From positions 124,001 through 188,000 of the forward strand of contig JBDOQK010000035.1 in the NCBI GenBank assembly GCA_040437565.1: DNA of 64,000 nt, in the 5' to 3' direction. The translations under genes and the position numbers were made by a program. The notes beneath the pieces were generated by a model, which did no database searches, was not told the origin of the DNA, and was given only the letters and a program-made list of their open reading frames with translations. Below are positions 1 through 11,919 of the stretch, in pieces. This DNA is from Albugo candida (Eukaryota). Numbering within the stretch: position 1 is the first letter of the stretch; every line of letters begins with the position of its first letter.

Positions 1-759
1 ATATATTCTAGATAATATTCAGCTTCAACAATACCAAAACTGCTTGCAACAATAGTCAGTATCGCAACGGTCGAATAAGTATTCGTTCGGCAATACGGAC
101 GTCGAGGGAATGATCTGCTGGAGCTTCGATTTGATTGCACGCTAAGAATCAACAGAAGAGTGGGCAAATAGACACATCGTCTCATGATAAATGTTAGCTG
201 AGAAGCGAACCATTCCCGTATTGAACGAACGCGGCGCCGTTTGGAGTTCAAGCAACTTTTGTCGTTTACATGTATTAAGATTTAGAAGGCTTGGTATGTC
301 CCGCTTTGATAAAAGGCGCTCTTCTCTGTTGAAAATATAACCAATCATCAGACACAAAAGCGAAATCTACTTAAGCTTTTGGATTTAGAACATTCGAGAA
401 GCAATATAGTGTCACAATAACCATCTATCTATCTTAGTCAGTGCGTCAATGGTGGTCTTGGTTACGGCGATTTTGATATGCAGTTGTCGACAACTAAAAT
501 AGTCGGCAACGATGCTATGCGCTAATCCATACGCTATCATGCATCTTGCTAAAAATATGATGGATACGGAACGATCGCGACCGAGTTTCCGCGATTCAAT
601 GTAAAAAAAACCGGAGCCCTGAGAGTACTTGCTCATTTGATTGCTAGATAAGTTTCCCGATTTTGATAAGTCAGCTGCCAGAAAGCTGATATCCTACTAT
701 TCTGGATGAGACATTAGAAGCTCGATTTAAAGCTCACAGTTTGGAAAGCAACGTTGTAG

Positions 760-773
760 TCACTTGCAAACTT
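760..773 (+). promoter_or_regulatory. Oomycete INR/FPR-like core promoter element
   Basis: TCACTTGCAAACTT just upstream of ATG 782. The paralog has TCACTTCCAAAATT at 18842. Confidence 0.5.
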
Positions 774-781
774 ACCGAACC

Positions 782-1814
782 ATGAAGGCCGCTAATTTGC
801 ACTTATTCGTCCTTTATCTTGCACAGGTAACTCTTTCTTCATGTGGCGTGCATATCCTCCGTCCAGAACTTGTAAAATTGACTGAATTGGATGCTGCCAT
901 GTTTGTACTTGATGCTAAAAACGCAGGTGAGAATAAATGGGAACTTCAATCAACTGCAAGAGATGCTAAATGGATGTTCACTATCGAAGCTGAAAGATGC
1001 ACATCGTATTTCAACAAAAGAAAACAACCCTTTGAGATGCTGCTTTCCTGTTTATTCGCTATTTCAGATTTGGACGCATCTAATGAGCATCAGCAACTGC
1101 CAAAGTCAAGCTAAACATCGTATCATTCAACAAAAACGAGCCCTGATGTTCGTTCTGGGTAAAAGTTAAGGCTCTCTGCTTCTCTCCTCGATCAAATAAT
1201 TCGCTTAGTACGGCATACGACAATGACCGTTGCCTTGTATTGGGACACACCATTTACGCTTTGTCTCGGTGTCTACCCGACACGTCGCGAAGACGGTTGG
1301 GAAACAATTCCATATTTTTCTTCTCATTTATACCTTGATGAACTTGCAATCGGATACTTTTGTGCGATGATCACGGTGGGGTATGCTTCAACCTATATAT
1401 ATCGGAATGAAGGAAGAGATATTTTGTCCTTTGATTTTGGGCGCTTGAGAAGTGTGATTCCGACTAATATTTATTCGATAATCGTTAATAGCTCGGTAAA
1501 AACACACCAATTCTGATACATTCGACTGCGACTCAGTCCGTCAACTTGATCTGTCTGATACACGGTTCAAAGTCGACAATTTAGAAGAGGATTTGAAGCT
1601 CACAAGTAAAGAATACGTTCAGGAGGTACTCGACAGAAAAGATGATACAAGCCAAGAAAAGTACATTACGGCTTTGGAAGCAATGCCTTCTGTAAAATGG
1701 AGAATGGGCGCGCCGACTCTCAAGCGTCATCCTATGCTACTTTGTGATAATGGCACGGCCATCAACCTGGAAATTCTCTCTTCGCCAAAGAAAAAAGAGC
1801 CACAGGATTTCTGA
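782..1814 (+). pseudogene. Disrupted secreted pepsin-like (A1 aspartic protease fold) gene, copy A
   Basis: Signal-peptide-like start MKAANLHLFVLYLAQVTLSSC. Later fragments FDFGRLRSVIP..., TFDCD and ITALEAMPSVKWRMGAPTLK resemble the C-terminal lobe of pepsins. The gene is split over ORFs 764-1114, 1223-1516 and 1593-1814 by stops and frameshifts, and is paralogous to 18865-19869. Confidence 0.65.
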
Positions 1815-1849
1815 TATTCTTTGTTAATAAAACACGAATATTTTTTTTC

Positions 1850-2830
1850 TTTGACCCCTTCTTCTACTGATGTAATACTCGTACGGATATGCTTTAAAAA
1901 TCGACGCTACTCCGATCTCGAACATTGTCATCGAGATGCGCCCAGCATTTGACTTGATAGTTTGTAGCTCTGATACACTTGCGTCCTGACCAATCAAGTA
2001 AGTGATTTCTACTTGAAATAATCCGATCCAAAAAAATTGGCAGTTTGCCGATCTCTGCAAAGTAATTTAGTTCCATATCGAAGCTTGTTGACAAGAGCCG
2101 CAGTATCATTGTGATGATTTGGGTTGTTAGGTGTGGCAGAATGTGAGTCATGGCGCCTTGGGATGGAAATTGTTATATCAATGTACAACACCCAGAACTG
2201 TGTCCAGCACGCCAACTTTGTCATGAACTTCGCCGCACCCTGACCCTGGATGTGGACGAAATATATTATGTTGCGAAGCTTGTTGAACCTGTTGCGATGC
2301 CATTGAACTATTTCCGGCATGATCTATGAGGCTAATTGAGATACGCATTCGCAAGATCACGGTCAAAGTTCAGTACGTTCGAATGTGATGGCTTCGAAAG
2401 ATCGACAAGAACTGCTGAAACTCTCCATTCCTTTCAGATACTATACTTTCAATGGTTTTTTAACTGTGCATTTAATCTAGTTTTAGCCCGTTTAGTTCCA
2501 CGTTCACATTCGAGACAGAATTGAGGCTCTAATGAACACAAGACACCACTTTCCTCACTGAAATTAGTGCAGGAGCCAGCATCGCTTCCACAAATGATGA
2601 TGGAATGCATGCCAACTTCTACATATATTCGTTTCAATATACTCCAATTCAATTAATGCTATGACTTGAACTCGGCATGCAGTCGCACATGAATCCCACT
2701 TCCTGCAATCCGATTCGGGATTCTCTTTTTCAATTTCGATTTGCTGATGAATACTATATAATATGCCGAACAATACAAACAGAAACAAGCGGGTTACAGA
2801 TGGAGTGATGTGAAATGCTATAAATCGCAT
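1850..2830 (-). pseudogene. Decayed gene of unknown function, copy A (paralog at ~19900-20600)
   Basis: Fragmented minus-strand frames. Nucleotide blocks are shared with 19900-20560, e.g. acaagcttcg-aacataat...cacat-caggg-cagg and catatccgtacg-gtat. Confidence 0.45.
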
Positions 2831-5799
2831 GGTAGTGTGACTAACTTTGCTGGACAATGCCCAAACACCTGTACATACGTCCAAGCGCAATAAGCTGTTA
2901 CTGGCTTGTCTCCATATTTCCGAAAGTTCAACAGCAAATGCTAGAGAGTTTCAACTTGGTCTGCCGTCTTTATAGGATTATCATTCCGGTTGGATCTCGT
3001 GTGAGCTTCAGAATATGCAGTACGCAGTCTTTGAATCCGGAATCGGATGTCACTCCTAGCACCTTGTAAGTATTGAAGCGTACAAGATCAGATATCACTA
3101 GATCATAAAGAAGAAAGAGCTGAGCGCTCTTCTAAACTTAATTTTGCGCCAGGAAAAATTCCTTCATATGACAGGAGACTTTTCGTCATTGCAACATCTG
3201 TATCGCAAGCATCTTTAATCGGCAAGGTTTCATTACGAATTGCCTTGACAGAAGATTAAGATGCTACCTGCCACCACCTTTTTATCGTTATCGTTTTGTG
3301 TGACGAGTGCTGGCTATATATGATGCCCAGCCTCGTCGGGGATTAGATCTCAAGATGTGTCACCAGCCATGACGCTGAATGATGTGCGTTGAAAGTGACT
3401 TCGCATATGTGTATAAAAATACAATTCGTCCCGGGAATCCGCTTTCTTGTGTTACGTTTCTATACGAGATGTTGGCCTGCACCCATACATTTTTAATTTT
3501 TGGTCAGCTTTGTAATGTGCCTTTGTTCTTATGCATTGACAGCCTTCGAAACGGAGCATTCCATTGACCGGTGTGCTTGCGAGTATCGATCGCCTCCACT
3601 ATGACGCTAACTATTCGCCAGTTTTTAACGATTAAGCATAAGATATTCACCATAGGCGTAGAAAAACTCCTATTCCTGCAATTTTAGATTTGATTTTAAC
3701 AATTCCTGCGTGGAAGAGACTGAATTGATTTATCACTTGGCAATGACTGATGCCGAACGCTGCATTTTTTCTTTATTCCCCAAGTTTCGTGTATCATCAA
3801 ACTTTAAATTGCTTCCGTTCTAGATTCTTATCCATTCTCTTCGTCAATGCGATAGGCTCATCATCCTCAAGATTTCATGCTGGTGGTAGCCGTCTTTTGA
3901 GTCGAAACGTTCCGTTTATGTGCATCTAAAACAACACGACAGTCAAGGCCCCGTCATACCAATCAACTTCATCCGATTACATGACCTAGCCTATCGATAC
4001 ACCAATATTGAATATGAGCGATGGTTCCATTGCCCTACCATATAATATCTGAATATAATGAAGTTCAACCCTGCTGATGTAATTTTATAGCAAAAGAGAT
4101 TTTTTTTTCTTCTATAATTACGCTTTCCGTTGTCGCAGTAGTCCAATGAGGAACACTTCTACAGCCTGGTGTATTAAGTAAACAAAACCACGCACGAATT
4201 CGGTTTTATTGCTAACATTCTATAGTGAGAAGAGGTGATTTTGCGAGACAGAAAACGCGGCTGTTTCTGTGTGCTGATATTGCTTTCTACGTGTATGGAG
4301 TAGATGCTCGATCGTTAAACTTCAGCGAGTCTAAAATCCATTCATATACTCAAAAGTACCTGTGTTAGAGCCCCCAGATAAGATAATTGACGGCGTTATC
4401 TTCACTATTCCATCGACGGTGCTGGTATGCAAAAGCTGACGAGCGAGCCGTGAAACCATCACACTTCTACTTTTTTAAAGAATTGATTCCCACCATGTCT
4501 GGCGATTTTCATGGCTGCTCATCCTTGCGTCTTTCGAGCTTTAATCAAGATGAGGCTTGATAGCAGGCATGTAGACGAAGTGATACAATAGTCGGCGAGG
4601 AACAAAATTGGTCGACCCATACGCTAAAATAATTCCTACTAACTCGAGGGTTTCGGATATGCTTATCGACCCTTGTTACGATTACATAGACTATCTACGC
4701 CAGGAGAAGATCACTCCACGTACAATGGCACCACACGCGGTTCTTGATAGTCAAATCCCTGTAAGTTTTCGCTATCATGATGAAAAAAGGCTTTTAGACA
4801 CAAATCATCCCTGACTGAACGATCTCACAAGAGCTGGATTGGTGACAGCATAGGGTTGCTCAAGAAGTTATCATTGATACACAAAATACTTGGGTTAGAA
4901 CGATAGACCGGAGAAGCTTCCATACTGCAAGACACCGTAAAGTACTTCCCACACAGTAAGATTTACATTCTATGTACCTTGCACGTTCAAGGTGCCACTG
5001 CTGTAGGAAGTGTGGACTATGATAGGCATCAGAGCTTGGTCATGAACCAAGGTTTACCATCCATCTTGGATCGGTATGTGAATTGCTGAGTAGGGAAGGC
5101 AGGGCGTCATAGTCGTGTGTGCTATAGTGAGTGTAACGCCGAGGTGGACGATATGGAGGAGTGAGGGCAGACTAACTGTTCAATCACGGAACCAAACTTG
5201 AGCGAAGAGATGTGAAGATTTGAAAAACGTTAATGGAACGCAAGGGTAGTTGATAAGTTCTTTGATGGGTATATTATTTCGGTTCGGAACAGACACCAAC
5301 GTTTCAGATGTACAAGCTCGGTATGGTGAAAGAAAAAGACTTTGATTTAGCGCGTCTTCCATAGCCGGCATTAAATGTTTTAAAGTATATGATGTCACTC
5401 AGTTATGAACGGTAATCGTCTTAGAATACTTGGATATGATAAAGGTTTACGTTGAAATTGTCGTTGTGCTTATTGTTCTCTAAATACTGCGGTAGTTCAC
5501 AATTAAAATGTCCTGTATATTTATCAATCCCTTCCAAAAATTCCATGCTTCCAAGCCGGAATCCTTACCGAAGGGAAATAAAAACAGCGACAATCATCAG
5601 CTGAATATTGCATTTTGTCTGAACTCCACGTGTACGATCGTGACAGACTTGTAAGATGCGGAATTGCTACACAATGTGACTCTGAACACCCGTCGACCTA
5701 CTTTCGTGTCGAAGTAATGATGCTAACTTCTGCTGAGATTCTTGTGAAAATACCAATCAGAGTTTGCGTCAGGTCATTTTCTGGGCTGATGATGTATTA

Positions 5800-8700
5800 G
5801 TAATCGTAGCCAGATATGAATCTTCCTGCACAAATGTGGCTACTAAATTGCTGTAGCGTCAGGCGGCGTCCATGCCGACTTCGTCTACCTTCAGATCGAC
5901 ATTCAACATGATGCTATGCGTGGTGATATCTACTTTCGACACCTTAAAAAAGATCGCGCACGACAACAGATGCAGCATTCAATGAGGTTGTACTTTTACG
6001 AGCATCACCGGTTATTTGAGATGCGAAGCTATATAAAGCATAGACACTTTCTAAGGCAATGGAGCATGATAGAAATACAGCAATCTATTGGTGTCACAAT
6101 GGCTCTAGATTTCGTACGACATGCAACTTGCACAAAGGGGACAAACTCTCATGATACCGTTTCTTATCAAAGAGTAATGATAAACCCACTTTTTGAATGC
6201 CTCATTCATCCATTAGACTGCATGCGAAGCTTTCATACAGATCGTAAGTAACAATCTGCAGTGCAGACATAAGCAGTTTCACGGAAAGCCACAATACCAG
6301 TCAACATTCCTACTTCGAAAACCACATGTGCTAGAAGTGTACTGGCTAGAAGTGTATTGTTTTCTTCTGTCAATCTTGATCAGCGAGCCGCACGATGTCC
6401 CAGATACAGGTCGTTCATAACTAGTCACTTTCTTATACAACGGTTGGTTTCTTGATTTGCATGAAACTATATAATGAATGGCACCTTTCACCCACCGCTG
6501 GAGACAAGCTCAAGACATCCTTGATCAATCACAACGCTTGCGGGGATTTCTTATGCGCTAATATTCATTGCATGCCTTCCACAGGTATCTCTACTGCTGT
6601 TGATAACACGGCTTCCATCAGAATTCAGTAAGCAGCGGGAAAAGAGGGCATTCAACACGATATTAGCAAGAAATTTTGTAGAAGTCAAGCATCCGCAAAA
6701 TGCAGCGAAACTGCAAGTCTATGGCAATGCAACGCAATCATGACTATCGCGATTTTCCTTCGCATGTATAAATTTCTGATGCGACTTTGTAGCTTATGTG
6801 AACGCCGCGAAGCTTGATCCATACTTGTAAAGTCTACTTGTGAAGATCCAGCGAAATTTGCCAAGCTATTTCTGAAGTAAAGCATAGCATATACCAGAAT
6901 TTTGAAAGCTATGTACTGGGAGCCCAAGCAAAGGTTGCAGAGATGCAAATTTGCACATTGAGTACGTCTTCATGTCTCACTTTGGTGTCCATTCGCCACG
7001 TGCACTTCAATGTTCGCTTAGGATGGTGAGTAAGCAGAGACATCTGAAATCAAAACCTTTTCAAGGTGCGAGGGTAAGGCATATCTCAATGCATCTCTTT
7101 CTCCAGCCCGAGATCGCAAATCATGTACCCTGTTCGAGTTCTATAGGACAGTAGTTCTCACAATCTTAGCTTGTTGGAAGAACGCACCTCGTGATGTGAC
7201 CACTGGTTACCTACACAAATGTTTGTCATGACATTAGAGATTGAGTTGCAGGTAAGAAAGATAATACTTGATATTTTGAAAAGGTACGCGGTTGCTCAAC
7301 TCAGAGTCTTTCAAGCGAATCACCATATTACCGGCGCAGAATCTTTGAACCTCTAATTTACATCTACGTCGAGTAAGGCGAGGTTTCTGATGAAGAACTG
7401 GAGATGGTATGATTACTCCGTTTACATATCTCTCATGAAGGATTCCTACTCTACATANNNNNNNNNNNNNNNNNNNNNNNNNNNNNNNNNNNNNNNNNNN
7501 NNNNNNNNNNNNNNNNNNNNNNNNNNNNNNNNNNNNNNNNNNNNNNNNNNNNNNNNNTGCAGACATAAGCAGTTTCACGGAAAGCCACAATACCAGTCAA
7601 CATTCCTACTTCGAAAACCACATGTGCTAGAAGTGTACTGGCTAGAAGTGTATTGTTTTCTTCTGTCAATCTTGATCAGCGAGCCGCACGATGTCCCAGA
7701 TACAGGTCGTTCATAACTAGTCACTTTCTTATACAACGGTTGGTTTCTTGATTTGCATGAAACTATATAATGAATGGCACCTTTCACCCACCGCTGGAGA
7801 CAAGCTCAAGACATCCTTGATCAATCACAACGCTTGCGGGGATTTCTTATGCGCTAATATTCATTGCATGCCTTCCACAGGTATCTCTACTGCTGTTGAT
7901 AACACGGCTTCCATCAGAATTCAGTAAGCAGCGGGAAAAGAGGGCATTCAACACGATATTAGCAAGAAATTTTGTAGAAGTCAAGCATCCGCAAAATGCA
8001 GCGAAACTGCAAGTCTATGGCAATGCAACGCAATCATGACTATCGCGATTTTCCTTCGCATGTATAAATTTCTGATGCGACTTTGTAGCTTATGTGAACG
8101 CCGCGAAGCTTGATCCATACTTGTAAAGTCTACTTGTGAAGATCCAGCGAAATTTGCCAAGCTATTTCTGAAGTAAAGCATAGCATATACCAGAATTTTG
8201 AAAGCTATGTACTGGGAGCCCAAGCAAAGGTTGCAGAGATGCAAATTTGCACATTGAGTACGTCTTCATGTCTCACTTTGGTGTCCATTCGCCACGTGCA
8301 CTTCAATGTTCGCTTAGGATGGTGAGTAAGCAGAGACATCTGAAATCAAAACCTTTTCAAGGTGCGAGGGTAAGGCATATCTCAATGCATCTCTTTCTCC
8401 AGCCCGAGATCGCAAATCATGTACCCTGTTCGAGTTCTATAGGACAGTAGTTCTCACAATCTTAGCTTGTTGGAAGAACGCACCTCGTGATGTGACCACT
8501 GGTTACCTACACAAATGTTTGTCATGACATTAGAGATTGAGTTGCAGGTAAGAAAGATAATACTTGATATTTTGAAAAGGTACGCGGTTGCTCAACTCAG
8601 AGTCTTTCAAGCGAATCACCATATTACCGGCGCAGAATCTTTGAACCTCTAATTTACATCTACGTCGAGTAAGGCGAGGTTTCTGATGAAGAACTGGAGA

Positions 8701-10162
8701 TGGTATGATTACTCCGTTTACATATCTCTCATGAAGGATTCCTACTCTACATAGAATGCGATATTTTATGTAAAATGTGTAACTTGTCATCGGGAATCGC
8801 AAGTCCAGCGGCTGAAAGTCTCCTGTCGAGTCTATCTAAGAATGTATGGAACTTACTAGGGTCAGTCGCGTTTTGATACGGGTGTTTTGATTGAGAAGAC
8901 AATGTGTAGTCATCAAGGAAATGCGAGATACGTCCAAATTTGGATCGTTCTAGATCTTTGACCAGCATTTCGTATGAGAAATTGGAGAGTAAAGCATTCA
9001 AGAATGTCCTGTACACAATTCAAATTGGTTTCTGAGAAACGCTTGAAGGATAGATTTGCAGGTACTACACACGCTACTTGCAGGTGCCTATCAAGTTGAT
9101 TGTCTCCATAACGGAGACGAAAAAGCACTTCACATCGCGAGGAAGAAGTGTAGAATGAGTGTTTGCGAGAAATCATGCACAGAAGCTGAGCTGCTCACAG
9201 ATGCACATAGGCAAATGATAAAGTGCGTAGACTATGCTTCAAAATATACCACATACCCGCGTTTTAGCAGATAGAATATGTAGCATGACTGAGAAATTTG
9301 TAGGCGATGGCGCATTTACGAAATGATCCCCAAAATGCAACACTGTAAATGAAGTTTGACGAGAAGTCATGGCACTTCGAAGGTTTCGTTGTAGCCGTAT
9401 CGATAAATTCATTGGTCATATCGACTTTGTAGACCATGCAAGCGGCTTGTTTTCGACAAAAGCCTTTTTCCAGCTATGGCAAGTCTTTTTGCAAATATCG
9501 TAACCTTTTTTGTGTGACCAGTATACTGAATCGCACGTAATGGTGATATCTCTCTGGTAATCTTCAACTAGTCAAAAAAGATGACGCATGGATTCCGGGT
9601 TCTCCGGTTCTACGCCATGACTTCGTTATCATCTATATCGCATACAAATCCATGCCACGGCCATATTTGCAAACATTCTTTGAGAGGTTCCTTGACATGT
9701 ACGAAGTCAACAATATATCAAAACGATCCATAGACGAGGGTAGATCGTTCATTAGTAACGATACATTCCAAGAATACAGAAGCGTGGCAAGGCGAGAAGT
9801 ACAACCATGTTGAAAATACCGTAATCACCGAGTTTTATTTCCCGATGGGATAGCAAACGCTGTGTAGATGGCTACGAATGAAGAGGAGGAACATGAAGAA
9901 TGTTCAATGATTCAAGGCACGCAATAGGTGTGCTTGATTAGAAGGAAGTGGCTATAAGAGACGTCCTAACGGTTGATGGGGTGTCGCGCGTGACACAAAA
10001 GCACTTTATTTTATCAAACCGTCTTGCAATTGGGCTTGTACGGCGATATCGTGAGCATGTGGACAAAATGTACGTATAGGCATCATGCGATGTAGTTAAA
10101 CAACTGTAGTAGAGGGCTGTGAGAAGGAATGCAAGTTCCGCAGCTAGGATTAAAATAAGCAT
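5800..10162 (-). pseudogene. Decayed large Cys-rich, probably secreted gene (CCG/CHxC-effector-like), copy A; 3' boundary approximate
   Basis: Hydrophobic start MLILILAAELAFLLTALYYS at 10162, then many short Cys-rich frames with stops. Homologous to ~20700-23086. The family assignment is inference only. Confidence 0.4.
6262..8753. repeat. Apparent 1196-bp direct duplication flanking a 100-N gap (likely assembly artefact)
   Basis: 6262-7457 reads identical to 7558-8753, with the gap at 7458-7557. Confidence 0.85.
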
Positions 10163-10491
10163 GGAGTCCGTTCAGTCTTCTCGGAGTATTTAAAACGTGG
10201 CAGACATAGAGCCAAATGACATAATCAAGCGATAAAGCCTTTCATTTTCGTATGCTTTTTCCTTACAAAAGCGGAATACTGACAGCAGGAGAATATGGGA
10301 AAGAAAGAAATAAAATACCGGAATTGCTACACCACCCCTTATATTTAAGCCGAACAATACGCAACTCCTACTACAACACGGATTGTGTACGCCATATTTC
10401 ATTGCAAATCATTACTGGGATGGCATGTATCAAGAATGGGATTGTTGCGACAGAAACCATGGATGTATTTAGTGGGGACAAGTACCGTGCC

Positions 10492-10752
10492 CTATCTCCC
10501 ATTTTGATGCCCATCTCTTGCAGGACCATCTCTTCCTGGACCATCTCCACCACTATTAGGTGGTTTGGCTATGGAACCTGCTGGGCCATGTCCAATGTCT
10601 GGGGACCCTCCACCCTCATGGTCATTAACATCCAAGAGGCGATGTTTTTGTGCTTCATTTCGTTCAATCATTGCTATTGCGCCACTCTCACTGAATGCGT
10701 TCATGAGAGCAAGGAGGACGACTCCGCTGAATAGGAAGTTGTTACAAGGCAT
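10492..10752 (-). CDS. Small secreted Gly/Pro-rich protein, copy A (possibly truncated by a premature stop)
   Basis: MPCNNFLFSGVVLLALMNAFSESG signal peptide, then KHRLLD and a G/P/D-rich tail. INR-like TCAGTTTTGAATTC lies upstream. Paralog at 23130-23518. Confidence 0.5.
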   Translation of the reverse strand: MPCNNFLFSGVVLLALMNAFSESGAIAMIERNEAQKHRLLDVNDHEGGGSPDIGHGPAGSIAKPPNSGGDGPGRDGPARDGHQNGR

Positions 10753-11919
10753 ACTGTGGTACTTGCACTCGAAGAATTCAAAACTGACCCAGCTTATCTT
10801 AGCCGATTTGGGTGTGAAGTCTGATAAAGTAAAGTGCTGATGCGAGAATACATTACCAGCTGTTTCAAAAAACACATACAAGATTCAGTAGATCTTCTGC
10901 GTTTGTATAAAGGATATGAAGACTTTCCACTGAGCCGAGCCTTTCCCTTCTTTTTTTGCGTATCTGCCTTTTCTTGTCGCTTTTCCTACCTCGCAGCAAA
11001 CAAGCCACAATGACTCATCTGATGGATACTCTGTCTTCAATGAGTTATCATTACTACCCTCTCGTTCCACGATGTGATCCCATTCACAGCTATGCGTCAT
11101 GTAATAGTACGCTATATTGCTATCATTGCAATTGGGTGGTAAATTTTATGGGTTTCTTATCGCCTCCTTGGCAACGGAAGAAATATTGCAAAAACTACAG
11201 CTAATTCAAAGCGCTTTGTTGCGTTGTTCGCAGGAACCCAGGCACATGAACATTGTGTTGCTCGATATGATCAGATTTTCCTGCTTCTTCTCACCCCGAA
11301 TCTTGAAAATGCGCGAGGCCTCTGCTCTCAAAAATTTTTTGGTAGAAATTCCAAAGAAAAAGTACAGGTAATACCTGCATTTGTAGTCTTTATAAAACTG
11401 CATTAGAAAAAACAACTGCATTGGAAAAGATCGCCACGTGCTTATAAGAAAATACAATTCTGAAAATATCGCAGATTCATCCTCCATATTTCTTTCTATA
11501 CTCAGCATCATCTCTACCAGCTGCACTTGAAGGGAATGCCTCTGGTCAATCGAGGTGTTCATATCGTATGGAGCAACATACTGTGCAGAAGAGCTCCGCA
11601 TCATGTTAGTTGCCCTTGCTTAGCATAGCCATTCCACGTATACTACAATACTGTCTTCCAAGCTAGTATGAGTAACACCTTCGTCAAAAACCACTATTGC
11701 TTACAACATAAACTTTGTTGAATCATACATCCTCAGTTATGTTTGGCGCGTCGAAAGTAACAGAATCCTGCACTTCCACGTATATTCTTTCCGGCACAGA
11801 TTTGACCTTGTTTCACTGTCACCGTATGTCCGTGAAGAAGAAACCCTTTCGTCATCTGCACACGCACCGAGTCGACACCACATCAAAATCAGTTGCCATT
11901 ATATATCTACAGACAAATA

